Positions 12,601-27,017 are shown, counted from the stretch's first letter. The stretch is DNA of 64,000 bases from Catajapyx aquilonaris (GCA_000934665.2 KZ538436.1:1-64000), one strand, 5' to 3'. The notes: generated from the letters alone by a model not told the origin. A program made the numbers and translations.

Positions 12601-15600
12601 GAAGCTGCGGCGCATGATGAATAGATAAAAGTGCAGAACAAGGCCAATGCAGAAGGATCGGAGATGATTTTGCCAGGTAGGGCAGGGAGCTCCTCACACA
12701 TCCGTTGGGTGTCAGCATAATTCACGTCAAGCCCAGCTCCATATCGTGAGATCTGGACATAAATCTTGAGGGGGGAAGCCTGAAGAGAAAATATGGACGT
12801 GCTTACGGGTCACAGTATTGTGATGATGAATGGTGTTTACCAAATAAATTTCGCCCGAGTGCCGAGACCTTTTCCCAGAGGTGACGGATGACAACCGCCT
12901 AGATGTAGCACGGTAGCCTCAACCTCAAGTATTTTGCCGCCGCAAACACTGAAATAGACAGGAATATTCTCCAGATTATTCCAAACCTGGTCGGCCATTT
13001 CCTGATCTCCGGAATCGTGATTCGTCTCCACCCACCCCGGATTCTCAGTGGCCGGTTTGAAGGCGCTTGCCTGCATGCTACTGGCTGACAGGGTGCAATT
13101 TTTAGGCGAGAGCGGCCGATATCAAAGTCCGATCGGTGGTTTGGAAAAATGTCGTGACACCGGATGAGCCCATACATGGCTCCCACTCCAAAGCACGACG
13201 TGAGGCTCCGTGTTTTTTAGGTCTGTGGACCCCACACAATCGCGTCTCCATCATTGCCGCTTCCGATTGGTTCTACTCCATGCACCAGAAGGGATGATAA
13301 TCGCTATTACATAGCCTGCTTTTTGACATAAAAAAGTGTCACGAACAGAAAATTGTCTGAAATTTGTTCCACATTGCGGCAGTGTCTAGCAAAAAAAAAA
13401 AGAATTATTGTGTATGCTAATTAGACTACCGGTACATGCATGACAACTCGATGACATGTAGAATAAAAATTGTGGAGTAACACGTACAGGCCTGCGTGGT
13501 TATGTCGCCTTGAGAGGGGACCGTGTGAATCCATTCCCCCTTCGGAAACTTGGGTTAGGTCCAGCTATAGATAGGATCAAATAGCGATGTCAGCTCAAGT
13601 CCGCTTCACTTCCAACCCATACCACCCACACAACCAGCCATACCCCACCCCAGCACGGCAGCCACGTGGAAAGTCTCCTTGATTGAAGAGTTCCCCCCGT
13701 CCCCATGCATCATGAACTGGTATGCCTGGCATGTGTGAAATCGGAGGAAAAGTAATGAGACGGTATTATCTGGCATAGTCGACCAACAGCAAATGGGGGA
13801 AATCTTGATTAGTTTCCCTCGATTCAATTACCCAGTCATCGTCGACTCTTAAGGCACGGCGTGTTTCTCAAACCGGAGGGAATTCCATCCCCTTTTCATA
13901 CCAAACTATTGAGCAAAGACAACAATTGGTTTGAGGGATGATGGTCCCAGGGGGAAGAAGCCAGATTGTCCCATGCTGCTGAATGATATAAAAGAAGAGC
14001 TTCAATTAACTCAGACATCAGCACAGTGGATAGTTTCATGCTTTTGCCTGTGCGTGTCTGCCCTTTTGTTGCTTCCCATTGCAAAAATAGAGATGCGAGC
14101 AGGGGGCGCCCATCATCAGGCTGGACACACCAACTTCTTCATGCATAGGCTTTTGACAAACGGTGCAAGTGTGAAGCAATATAGTCGCACGAATAGAGAT
14201 GTTGCCAGCTACAAACATTTATCATTTTCTACATAGGATTTGACTCTGGGCAAGGTCATTGAGCCTTAGGAGAAAGTGTGATAAATAAGATTGAATCCCC
14301 CCTACTTTTTTGTTGTTACTTGTTTGTGGGGAGGCTAAATGCATTGCTCCTCGGTCATTTGTAAAGAAGGTTCCCAGCCCCTTTTTGGTCGCATTGCGCG
14401 CATTTTGCACCGCCACTTTGCGTTCCTCCAATGAAAATGGTGCCGGACCGCGAAAAACCCGCGGAAATTTTTTTTAAAAGAAGAAGGTTCTTGAGCCTTC
14501 TTTTTCTTACAAAAATCCACCCACCTCAAACCCTCCCACCCGCGTCATTTTTAACTCATTCAAGGCTGTATAAAAGAGAATAGCTCGGTCTGCTTTTGTT
14601 CCCACAGTTTTACTTATTGCCTACATCGATCAAGCTTCTGCTTAGTCCAGACACGTGCAACCGAATTTCTCCACCACACGTCATTTACCCGCTGAAAAAA
14701 AAACTGCGAGAAAAAAAAGCGGCAGCGAGGAATTTTTTTTTCCCCTCCCCTTCTCTCGCACCCTTCCGGAGACCTTTAAATATTTAATTATTAATACCAG
14801 TTCTCGTAATGCTGACAAAAATTCCAAAAACGTTCCGTAATCCCACGAAGAAACAGATGGCTATTCGGAAAATTTATGACTTTGGAAGGATTTGCACAGG
14901 ATTCGGGAGACGAGGTGTATTTATAAAGCCTTATGAATGGGACACGCCGACGCTAAGCCCACCAGTGGGTAAACAGAGGCGGGCGCAAAAGCATATATGG
15001 ACGGGATGCCGTGAAGCAATGGCGCCAAAATTAATAATTTCAAGTAACATCGAACATTAATAAGAAAAACTAATTGCGGGGGCTATGGGCTCGGGCGGAT
15101 GGGACCAGACCCACTCGTTACTACTATTAGGCTACATTTGTGCACGTAGAGCATTATTAAGATTTCCTGAGCACGCTTATTTATAATCTAGTACACCCAG
15201 TGAGAGATTATGCGCGTCCGGGACGCTAGGCTACGACTGTCATTTATATTGCACAGCTCAACCAAGCACAGCCTTTATAGATATAACTCAACGCATCCTA
15301 CTCGGACTCTGGTAAAGAGATGGATGACCAATTTCATTACCATGGCTTCCATTTATGGCAGCCAGCCTGGGGTGACACTTGATGGCATTTTCTAATCAAA
15401 GGGTGGAGTCATGCTGCGAAATTGGTTGGTATATACTACCAGAGAAAGCTCAGATTCCGGAAAAGCACGTGGCGGTCCTGAGAATAATCCGGGCAGGGTC
15501 CCGTGAGAGGCATAACCCGGGCCCGGAAACACTCCCGTAACTTGCACACTTGTCACTTGAAAGTGGTTAGAATAAAAGTTTGATTGTGAGGTGAGGGAGG

Positions 15601-18600
15601 TTTGCTTTACGACCTTCCCAAACTGCAATTCAGACCGCTTAAGGTTCGTATTTATTTTTTTTCGGCAAATTAGCGATGATACAGTAAAATGCACTTTATA
15701 TATAAATCACTCCCCCCAACTGCTTCCTATCATACATCACATAAGACTATCTTAATAAAATCACCGCGTGGGCCCAGTGCCACTGTGGAGGCTTTTAATT
15801 AGGGGGGGCCCATATATACGGCATGTGTTGGATTAGTAGCTGTCGTCGAGTTCCCAATCTTCATAGTTCTTAGACGAAGATATGCTTCCTAATTAAGTCC
15901 TTGGCGGCAGATTTCGCCAAAGAATCCTGCGGGCGCTTTTCCCACTCCACAAAAACTCGACACATTTATAAAGTTGTGCAAGTAGTCCCATTAAGTCAAG
16001 GAGTGAAAATTTTCATGTGGGGGTAACCCTGTCTGATTTTTGGGTGTCACTAATGTGTCGATAATCTGAGGCTTATTTGAAATTACTGATTACCGATTAG
16101 ACTGAAATAAGTACAGGGTGTGCAAGAAAATTATCACGACCTCCAACCGTCACACATTCATTACCAAAAAGTCCTTGAGGTGTTTTTGGGAGGGACCTCC
16201 CTGAATATAAAAAAAATTAATTGGGGCTCATTAATAAACTGCGCTAGTTACGTCATCAGGTCCTCCCCAAAAACTGGGCTAAGGGATGCATTTAAAGTTG
16301 GTCTTTCATTAACCATGAACTTGATGATGCGATAATAGGTTTTCAACAGGAAACCACCCCATGCTTCTCGCACAAGATAATTGGCCTCTAACACTGGAAC
16401 GTAAATTGGTCTCCATGAATAAGCAAGGAATGTTCCCCCGGTGGTGAGGATACTCACACCAGCAAAGCAGAACAAAGAAACTCCTTGTTTTCTGCTCGTA
16501 CACCTGACAACTTGTACAGTTTTCGTGCTGCATGGAACACTAATGAATTTTCACATGATTTGCCTTTCAACCAAACCAACAGACAGCTCGTGCAAAATAC
16601 GCCAGATATTGAGCCGACACCATTTTAATTGGCTTCTTTGTTAACTCAACCGAATATTGCTTCAACAATCAGGAACAACAGGTATGGAAAAAGGGACAAG
16701 GGGAAAAGGGCCTACCCATTTATTACCGCCAACGAGACAAGTGAAGCACCTCTTGAAGCACAGGGTAGGCCTAGGTGGTCAATAAAAGGACCGTTTGTCA
16801 AAAAAAAAACCCTGGCTAGATTAAGTTCTTGCAGTGTCCGTCGCCCATTTTGCACATAGGTCAAAATGGCGTCCTTCCTCAGGGCTGGGTTCGGAGGAGG
16901 GGCCTTTTCCGGAGCCACAGATGGCCTACAACAGCTGACATGCCCCCCATATCAAATGACGTGCCGGGAACTCCGGATGGGGAGGGCCCCCGCATACTTG
17001 GGTCTTTTGGGAAACCAGCTGTCCCATGTACAAAACTCCACTTTTCCCAGTCCAAGCTGGCGCCTAAACACCCCCCTAGCTCCAGCAGATGTGGACTTGA
17101 CACCACATCCTTGACACCAAGCCTGCAAGAAATTGCGTCTTTGTTTACACACACCTATGCAGGTGTCTGCCTATTGTAGAATAGGCACCACCCTGGCTCT
17201 ATTATAGTCTCTCTCAATCTGGGCGCCAAAGTTTGCATGGAAAAAGAGGTAAACGCCAAGTGTGTTTCCCACCAACTTTGCTCTTTTCGCGGTGCGCCTG
17301 GCGGTAATCTAGGCAGGGCGACTGAGGACTCGAAAATAGAAGACGAGGTCAGCTGAAAAAGACAGGTTCGTTTTTTTCGAGCCCACTCGTCTGTTCCCCT
17401 GTCACAATGATAAATTCGCCAGTTGGCCGTCTCCCAACTGCAAAGTTAAGACCGAATTAAGATCTTGTGTTCGGCCCCATCCACCTGGGACTCAAAGGTT
17501 ACAGCTCACTTCACCATTTGTATTAATATCGGAGGTGGTTATTTATCTCTGTCCCTGGGATTCGTTCTACAGACCACGAGGAGGAGGCAAAGCCACGATA
17601 CTGAGGGCACCCAGAAAACGCTCCCCGATTTCTTTGGGGGGACGACGCCCCTTGATAAATTTCCCCCGCGGCTCCCTAGGTTTTTCCTAGCTCAGAAAAA
17701 AAATGTGGGGGAGAAAGAAAAAAAAATAGAAATTCGATGAAATTCTAAAATTTCATCTGCCAACTGGGCCTACCAGCTAGATACAATTATATTGGTATAT
17801 GATATCCCTAGAGCATGGCGTGTAATATCACTCGGCAGAATGAACCCCCCCCNCCCAAGAAAAAAGTGACTGACATCTCTACCTTCTCTATCAAGGTTTT
17901 TCTTTTCTTTTCCATGTCCCCAACCAACTTTTTCTTCGCCCCCTCTTCTTGTGTGTAGCAAACTGGTTTCCGGGGTTGAGATTCCGCCTAAGGGAACCGA
18001 CTTCATGCAAAATGCAAAAGGTTGTACCGACTTGGTAACTGGATCGGCCATTCCAACAGATTTGGAAGAAATAATAGTCGTCTTACATTAGGCTACAGAT
18101 TTTCCACGATCCGACCGCATAAAGGCAATAATTTACGCCCCAATCTGTGCCCAATTAATTTTTATCACTCGTGATAAATCATGTACAGCCCTCCCCCGAT
18201 GTTTATTTAAAAATTAGAAAAAAAATTGTTACACTATCTCTATCATATATCCCGCACCGGTTGCACCTGGATAATTATACATTAATGACCTGGGCTCGCG
18301 TCCGAGTGATACAATCGCAACTTTGATTCGATGATACGGCAATGATCTATTACTCAAGAGGAAGTGAGCGCCTCCTACATGTGTATAAGGTAACTCGCAT
18401 GTTGGGGTAGGTGTGTTTACAACCCCAAATCTAATTCTGGGGTTTGAACAAGCAGTGTCTCGTACAAAGCTGCATTTTGGCAGTTCCACAACCAACTTCT
18501 TTTGGTGAGATGCACAATGTTCATCATTCACACTTTTCTTTAAGGACAGATATTGGCCGGGTTCCTAATGTGCATCCAAGACCCCTTATTGTCGTCGTGT

Positions 18601-19849
18601 GTCAATGTGAAGCACGGGTCGTGAAATACTGACTCCACTACCCAAAAATTACTTTTGGTTGACTACCAAATGGTGCAACTCTACACTGCCTATGCTTGTC
18701 TTCCTCTTGAAGGCAATCTTTTAGAATTCCCCCCCCCCCCTTCTCTTTCTTTTTTATCAATGCGCAACAGCTTATTTCAAACCCTGCTACCCTCCTAATG
18801 TACACATAGGCCCCTTCCAAATTTGCTCTTCTGCCATGGAAGCGTCTCACCATTCTACCATCTGTCACACCCAACTTTCCAAGTCTAGGAAGAGTTGTAA
18901 TGAAAAGAAGAGAGTTGAATGGCTTACGACAGCTAATCACAGTTTTGTGTGCTCGGGATAATTGGAAAGGCATGCTGGCCGATATACCTAGTTAGGATTC
19001 CCCTTGAGTTTTTAATTACTGACGTGTCATCTAGTTTTTCAGGTAACTTTCTTCACTGCCATTCATCAAGCCTTCAAAGTTTGACGCTTACTCATGACGG
19101 ATGAGCTCAGGCCTCCTATGGGGAGTTATGACTCGTCTCTACATTTCCCCGGAAAAGACAATTTCCATTCCCTACGGAGCTGCAAAAGTCAACTGCAATT
19201 TCCCTCCCCATATAACTATATTATTCATTCGCACCATGGAAACCTACGCCCTCATTCTGCACTGCCTGCATAACTAATAATAACTTAATATTATTATTAT
19301 TAATAACAATAATAACAATAATAGCTCCTTATCATCATAATCATAAAATATTCAAATTAAAGTTTATAAAACCATTCCTAGTGACCAAAGGGAGTCTAGT
19401 ACATTTTTTATTATTCGCGTATCTAAAATCTTGCTGGACAGAATTACAATGGGAAATATTATACGTGTCCTGTTTAGTAATTAAGCGAGTCTGGTTTAAC
19501 AAGGTGGACAAAAAATGTGTGACAAAGAGGTATCACTTTGCGTGTGGAGACCACCCAGAGGGGATATTTGGTCACATTTAGAGTACAGATTTTTATCTGT
19601 CATTTTTGTAATGCAAGGGGAAACTTATTACTTGCACAATGCCTTTGAAAAACTCAATTTTGTATTATTGCTACATTATTGCACGCAGCAGTGTGTCTAA
19701 GGGATTTTTCATAAATTCTCCCATAAGCTTATTCGTGGGTTACCATTGTTACTACGAGCGCTCGTAGCTTGTTGACAAGCGTAACATACACAGTACTTCT
19801 GTTTCGTGTTTCATATATAGTCACGAATCATGAATTTTTGTGAGCCGGA

Positions 19850-20350
19850 AGCCGTTATTGCAACAATATGCGAAACATTATAACGTACTCGATGGTTTCA
19901 GTACAACCGTAACCTTTCACCTTTTATTTTTTCGGTTGATCATGCAAGCTAGTTCTTGCATCCCCCGCAGAAAGAAGCAGAGTGCTAAAATATGGTGCAT
20001 GTGTATCGCAGATGTTAGAAGTGTCATTGACCCGGGCTTTCCATAATATAGCAAGATGTCAATAAAGCAACAAGGCAATTTGTTATTTTTAATGCTGTTC
20101 AATTATAGCAATCGCAATTCCATTATATTTCATGCCTTTACTGTAGACATCATCCAAATAATTAATGATTATATTGCTGAACATTTTCCTTGCATTGTTG
20201 CGATGTGGTGATTTTTGTTGCTTGCTGCAATCGTTCGGATCTGTCGCAAGTTCATCGATACCAATGTCAAGCGTTTGGGCTGCATTGCAGACTTATGAGA
20301 TAAAAGTTTATGTTGCATTAAATAGACCATTACAATTGTAATAGGCACTA
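19850..20350 (+). mobile_element. Decayed LINE RT fragment (CR1/L2/Jockey group)
   Basis: VLDGFSTTVTFHLLFFRL (cf. LD..KAFDTV.H..LL.KL), ERSRVLKYGACVSQMLEV and QGNLLFLMLFNY..IND (cf. QGSVLGPLLFN.Y.ND) occur in order across frameshifts. Confidence 0.45.
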
Positions 20351-20803
20351 ATTGGTTATAGCGACACGTTGCTAAATGTTGCGATGAGCTGGCTCGACCA
20401 CAAAAGCCGTCGTAAATCATAACGGCGATTTACCAACAACAATGAAGGATTTCAATATATCACGTTATTCAGTATATGTACTGTACATGGCGTTACTGAA
20501 ATTAATTAATACCGAATCTTAAAAGTAAATTCAGTTTGTTTTAGGAGAATTTTGAAAACATATTTTAAAATTCCCCTAAAACAGACAGAGCCTTTAATTA
20601 CCAATGGACAGAAATATCATATCAATATAATGTGAACATTTTTTGAACCGTTACATCAGATTTTGTAAGCCTGTGTCGAGCACTCTCACAACCTTTTGTT
20701 TAATGTTGGTCACCCCCTATAGGTTTTTTTCCTGCAAATTTTTTTAAAGGCCATTCGGTACAAGTTTATTTGAAAAATATTTATGCTCCCATAGTATGCA
20801 TTA

Positions 20804-21001
20804 AGGTGAAGTGGGGTAAGTGCATAAACTGGCCGCCATATTGGAATGAAAATGGCTGACATGCTCACCTCTTGTGGGGATGTGATGTGCAGCTACACAA
20901 AAGAGTGCCTGACGTGTTTTGGTGTCGTCAGCCATTTTCATTCCAATATGCCGGCCCCGTGTATGCACTTACCCCATGTATGAACTTACCCCACTCCACC
21001 T
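20804..21001. mobile_element. MITE with TA TSD, pogo/Tigger-like termini
   Basis: TA|AGGTGAAGTGGGGTAAGTGCATA ... TATGAACTTACCCCACTCCACCT|TA. There is an inner inverted repeat (~20834-20860 / 20927-20954), and the subterminal TATG(C/A)ACTTACCCCA is duplicated on the right. Superfamily assignment is inferred. Confidence 0.85.
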
Positions 21002-22439
21002 TATAGGTAATATTTTTCTCTGTTTTCTCCAGCACATTTGGATGACGGCGTTAATAATAAATTGTTCTACTTATTATTCGGTAATTTTCATTTTATGTGA
21101 GTAAACCCGTGATTGTAGTATATAATCAAATTATCACATTATCATTACAAGATTGGGGGAAACGGAGAACAGATTTCAAATCAGCACAGTGCAGCGCTTC
21201 GAGTTAGATGCCATATAATGATTGTATGCATGTACTGTACTGTACTGAGTGTTTAAAGCAAGTTCGGCTCCAATGTACGTTAATTTTAGTTTTGTGATAC
21301 TCAGAGTTGAGAATGAGATACAATATAATTATCCTGTGGCTATACTACTACTAGGGTGGTTGTGATGGCATAACCCACAGCAAGTTTCCAATTTTAAAAT
21401 GGGCCTCAAAAAATATTCGACGAGCTGTAGGGGAATTAAGATAAAAATGTGAGGAACCTGATTCTGAAAGGACAAGCGCGACTCTTGGAACAGCCTGCGT
21501 ATATATGTATCAGTTCAGGTAGAAAAAGTAGGTCTATCACATACAGAAAATTATCACGTTGACATATTACACAAAATGCCCGTTAGCTACCGATTATAAA
21601 TGGTGGAATATATTTAATTAATTAATTCAACCAAGCTGACGTCACAAGCCTATAATATAAAACTCGCGATTTGTAGCGCAATGTACCACACTCCACAACA
21701 CAGGGCTGTATGGAGTGCATGTGAACGCACCACATTTTAATGATTATTATGATTGTTAATTAATTATTATAATAATTAATTATTTCCCCGTTCAATACCA
21801 ATGTTGGCAGTTTATGCCGGTTAGGCAGTTTAGGCCGTTACTAGTAGAACAGTGTCAATCTACTCGTCTGCGGCAATTGAGGGAAAAATGCATTTACGGA
21901 TTTTACAGTGTTCAGACTGCAGGTATTCGACAGTCGAAATGTTACTGAGGGAGTGGGAAAGGATCGTATTAATATTTTGAGCAGTCAATTAAATTTAATT
22001 ATTAAGTTAAATTTAATAATGAAGTTTATTTTAGCGTTTGAGTCCTTGATCATATCTGCTGGAAGCTTGGACGAAGGTTCATTCGCGAGTTATTGAGAGG
22101 GTTTTTAATTTTTATTGTCATGCTGGTGTGAGGTTTGGGCCTACTTCCTAAATATGATTACAACTCTTGTACAATTCGAATAATTTAAAGCCCTAACAGC
22201 ACAAAACGTCATCTTTCATCACTGCACTGTCAACAAAGTCTCCTTTCTACCCTGTGACACTGAAAGGATTGTGTGGCTGTGGACCAAACCTTTATCTAAC
22301 AACTAATATATTTAATTCGACGCCTATCACCAGATCTGTGGCCAAGATGACAATGGACCGTCATCTCAACTGTTCCTGACATTGACAGTCTTTACTGGAA
22401 TTTTTAGCTGCGTATTTCTGTTGCTACAACTAATAATTA

Positions 22440-22900
22440 CAGATTATGCTAACTGTACATATGTGAAATTCGTCGCTAGCACAAACCAACTGTTTTCACA
22501 TCTGCAATTTATATTAGCGGAATAGGGGAATTGCTCTTTCATGAGTCAAGAGTTCAAATTCGTTCTTGCGTTACCCTTCCGTCGGCCATGAGTTATGTTC
22601 TTAAGTAGTCGGCAATACTGCTCGCGGCCTTTAGCGAAGAACTTTTGATAACCACTGAAAGTAACACTGCAAAAGGAACTCTTAAAAATATGCTGCTTAG
22701 TGCAAAAATTGTTAAATGAAACCGCTATTTCAATAGGAACATCCGGTAATGTCCGCATTTGCCAAATTTCCACAGAGCGGTTTTAACCAATGGTAAAATG
22801 GGTGAAAATCTTGCGCAACTCCGAGTGAACAGGCCGATATTTGAATAATAAATTAAGAGAAAATGTTATTGGACGTCGCATTCAATTTTGCGTAACAGCC
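22440..22900 (-). mobile_element. Decayed RTE-clade LINE 3' fragment
   Basis: ORF 22546..22773 reads EIWQMRTL...YQKFFAKGREQYCRLLKNITHGRRKGNAR, resembling the RTE C-terminus EMW..RR.L...YFGH..R...Y.LL..I..G...GKR. Confidence 0.5.
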
Positions 22901-23039
22901 TATACAGGAAACTGCGCAACTGAGTTTAAAAAACTACATTGACATCTGCGTGTTTCATGCTATATATAGATGACATGATGGCCGGCCTTGGAATTTGGTG
23001 TGGTAATTACACAATACAGGTACTCCTGCAATTTTTGAA

Positions 23040-23400
23040 GCATTTCTTTCGGACACTTGCAGTAATATTTTACTTCCGTCGGGGGTTATGCAGAAAGGCA
23101 TATCAAGAATGAGGGCCGGTTTCACCGAGCTTGGTATATGATAAAACCAGGTTTCTTTAGGAAAATCCATACAAATAGATAGGGATTTTGAGAAATACCC
23201 TGGTTTTATCATATACTGAGCTCGGTGAAACCGACCCTGAGAGGTTTTTCTGGAAAACGGAGACCTAGGATAGAGTTATAAAAATAGGCTTCTATCAGTA
23301 TAGAAATGTGGGGGAATAGTGTTGGGATTAGGACAATTAGTAATAAAAATCTATTCGGTATACTATCAGGACACGCTGGATAAAGTTCGTATTTTTTCGA
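23040..23400 (-). mobile_element. Possible LINE ORF2 C-terminal (CCHC-knuckle-like) remnant interrupted by a MITE
   Basis: YPACPDSIP plus frameshifted IFITNCP..FYTDR (cf. C..C...E...H....CP.Y...R). Removing the 23113 MITE and one TSD fuses LGLRFPEKPL in frame with ILDMPFCITPDGSKILLQ. Confidence 0.35.
23113..23237. mobile_element. PIF/Harbinger-type (Tourist-like) MITE
   Basis: ~39-bp TIRs GGGCCGGTTTCACCGAGCT...ATATGATAAAACCAGG / CCTGGTTTTATCATAT...AGCTCGGTGAAACCGACCC. 3-bp TSD TGA at 23110-23112 and 23238-23240. Confidence 0.9.
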
Positions 23401-24337
23401 TGACGGGTAAAGTGATTTTGACGGCACTTCCTATTTGATTTCAATTTTTTGTTTACTCTCTGGCATTTTCCCTATTTTCGATCTGAATTTTGATGAAAAA
23501 CTGTACTTTCTTTGGTGGGCTACACGAAAGAAAACACGTAACATAATGCATTAAAAATTTGGCGCCCAAAATGATCTTTTTAGCTACATGAAGCATCTGC
23601 CATCAATGTAACATTTTAGGCTGAAATTAGGCTGACATAATTATAGTGCTACGGTATACATAATTATTTCAAAAAATGGAAACATTTTAAAACTCTGTAA
23701 CGGTCCAGTTCAATATATAGACATAAAACTTGTTTAATGCAGCTGCAATATATTGTTTTTGTTGATACAATGAGAACACCAGAGTTTATTCCGAAAAGTT
23801 ACGTAGACTGTATTTCCAAGTCTGTGCATAGCGTAACTTCCTCCACCTAGTCTCAAAACAAACACTAAAATAATTGTAGCACCGCTTATATAGCATATGA
23901 TGCCAGAACTATAATAATTTATTACATAAATCTAAAATTAATATAACGCATGGCCTGCCTATAAAGTATAGTTTTGGTTTTAACTCAGACAAGTACCATA
24001 TAGAGTAACACTTGTTATGAATTCTTACCTTTTCCCTACGAAGGAAATATCTTTTGTCATTGGGTCATGAACTCGTGATGCTATTTTGATTCAGGCCGGA
24101 TCTCTCAACATTATAATATTATTGTAATACTGCAAAAGGGGGAATTTTTCCAAAGTGACATTCACACATTGTAAAACGCGAATAGTTGGTACCACAGTGT
24201 GATAATACAGTAAACCTGTCGAACCCTACTTACAGTTAGTATACACAGTCGTATACACACTAAATCTAATATCGGCTGCTTTTGACGACGCTCATCCTTG
24301 TAAATTCATATGCATACATACCGTTGGAAAACTCATA

Positions 24338-24829
24338 CAGGGTGTTCCAGGTTCAGGGGTCACTTCTTGATAACTGATATCGCCCGATAGCAGTTATTTT
24401 TTGTAGCTTGTGCCCAGAACCATGTGCTATATAACTACTGCTATATTCGACCCACAAGAAGTGACTTCCTATGTAACAACGAGATATAAATAGGATAGAG
24501 GCCGTAAAGGTCGGCCATCTTTGATGCAATTGGCGGCCATGACACTTCACGGCAAGAACTTTGAAATTGTCGCATTTCTAACCCTGTTCTCCTCTGTCTA
24601 CACTCCTGCCTCCTGGCGGGGCTGGGAATAAAATGCAGGCTGGTGAAAGTCACCATTTATTCCCAGGCCCGCCAGGAGGCACGAGTGTAGACCGAGGAGA
24701 ACAGGGTTAGAAATACGACAAATTCAAATTCGCGCGTGTTCTTGCCGTGAAGTGGCATGGCCGCCAAGGACGACCTTTACTGCCTCTATCTTATTTACAT
24801 CTCGTTGCTATATTTCTTGGAACACCATG
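24338..24829. mobile_element. TA/CAGGGTG-family MITE with a large internal foldback
   Basis: TA|CAGGGTGTTCCA ... TGGAACACCATG|TA. Internal inverted arms lie at ~24477-24635 and ~24654-24807. Confidence 0.9.
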
Positions 24830-26795
24830 TATATGTAATTCACTCATTTGAAGGTGAGACGAGGTAGAGACTGAAAATGTGCGTCCGCCGCATGTGAGCT
24901 AAATTATGAAACACGCGCTATATACAGTTGCATTTTATAATGCGTAAACAGTCATATGCAGGCCTATGAGGCATGTTTTTCTGGGAAATATTTTGAAGTC
25001 GAATTTACATACGTCCGCATTTCAAAATCAGTATTGCCACTTTCTAAATGGGGGAGGGGTTCACAGCAACAAAGAGAAGAATATCATAAATTCCGGGGTA
25101 TTGAAGTTTATTTTAATTACTTACATTTAAAGCCAATCCACCTCCACATGGTAATAAATAATGAGGTCCATAAAAATGATTCATGAAAGCAACTTTTGAA
25201 TTCGGTCATATTTGAAATCGCCGGAGGAGCAGCCAAATGAATCTAGAATGTGTTAAAACAATAATTCACAATTATGGTAGATGGTGGCTGATTTTTCGAG
25301 TTCACTAAAACTGGAATTAATGAAATTAATGTGTCAAAATGAAGCGATCTCGTCCTGTGTAACCAGTGTTGCGAAAAATATTGTACGCATTTTATTGAAT
25401 AAATTTTTGTGAACGATATTAAACTCTAAATATCGGGCATTATTTTTAACAGCGCTAGAAAAATATTGAAAAGTGATGCTAATGTATTACTGGCGCCTCA
25501 CGTTCGGACCAAATATCAAGGCGCACTTCGAAAAAAATTGTTACACATTTTCATCTTACATTATTAGGAAATAAATATTGCAAACTCTCCTGTTTTCCGG
25601 TTCAGGTGAAAAACCCGGGTCTCCTCCTTTTCCTTACATGCGCTACCTCAGAAATATTGGTTACCGATTGCGATAGGCCTATATACAAAATCATTCTGCT
25701 TCAAAAAACAGATAAAACATATCCTAAATTTTATTCGATATCCAAGTAATATAAGTTCCAAAATGAGCTCTAAAATGGTAGGAAATTTGGATGATATACG
25801 TATAACACATATTCTGTCAGAAGACTGTCTTAATATTCATATAATATTATTTTACAATCGGGTGACTACTTCCGTTATATCTTCGGGGCTGGTTAAAATT
25901 ACAAATTTTCCTCTGCAGTAGGATATTTAAATAATAATATAGTTGATACTCTTGGAGTATACGGCTTAAGCTTTCTCTCCCGATCGGTGTAGCAATTTTA
26001 GCGCTAAATATTTTGTTGTATTACCTACAGTACGTAGTGTTCTGCTAAATCCTCTAAATTTTCTAGTAGCCTACGTTTTGGATTTGACAATCATATTATA
26101 CAGTATATCCTGCGCATAAAAATGGTTATAACAGTAGCAGTAATAAGGGTTCGATTCATTTCCAGGCACAGGTGACAACCAACACAAAATATATCAGTCA
26201 GTGCTGCAATTTTGAGCTGTATTAAAATCACATTAGCACGCTAAATTGCCTAAATACGTAACATTTACCTTCTACTTGGTCGCTTATTCCTCTAAAATAT
26301 GTAGTCGATATTTTGTAGTTATTGTGCCCTGAGCAGGCCTAATGTTTCAATTGCTCTGCCCATTATTGCTATACTGTATTATTATCATCGCATTAATTTC
26401 TCAGAAAATAAGAATGCACACGTCTCGTACAAAATCACATGTCCAACGTGCTGATTTTTGTGTGCTCCCTGTGTTGGGTTAAATCCGCATTAGCATACAT
26501 GATGTCATACTGCAGATAGGTAATCTGATTTTTAATCTCATTTGATTATCGTGGAGTAGAAAATTTAAATTATCATTTAAAAATATTTATTCAAATTTCT
26601 TTATTCGTCTCTGTATTTTTTTTACTTTGTAGCTGGGAATACTAGAAACTGAATGACAGGATTTTAATATAGTCATGTCATAATTATTATCCACAGTGAA
26701 TACCAGACACAGAGCGTCCACAACATTCTAACGGATAAATCATGAATCACAATTCCCTATAGTATCAGCAGCATTATACACAAATTTAATTAGTA

Positions 26796-26812
26796 TAGCG
26801 CCACCTAGTCGG
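26796..26812 (-). promoter_or_regulatory. CTCF-like motif
   Basis: Minus strand CCGACTAGGTGGCGCTA resembles the CTCF core CCACYAGRKGGCGC. Motif match only. Confidence 0.35.
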
Positions 26813-27017
26813 CAAACTATGATTCATAGCCGAGTCCAATTGCCAGCAACAATTTCTTCCCCACACCCACATTGTGCTCCCTTTTTAATAAGTTGGCCAC
26901 ACTTCCAAAAAATTCATGACACCTCCGAAGCGAAAAAGTCTCCCTTTGGAATCCCGTAACGATCAGCCGTGAGGTGGATGCAAACACCATCCGCCATGTT
27001 GCCTCCCCCCCCCCCCC

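Noticed and set aside
14568..14610. TATA-box promoter candidates (also near 38505, 41699, 62220)
   Set aside because: Initiator spacing is off or weak and no downstream gene structure is present; such motifs are expected by chance.
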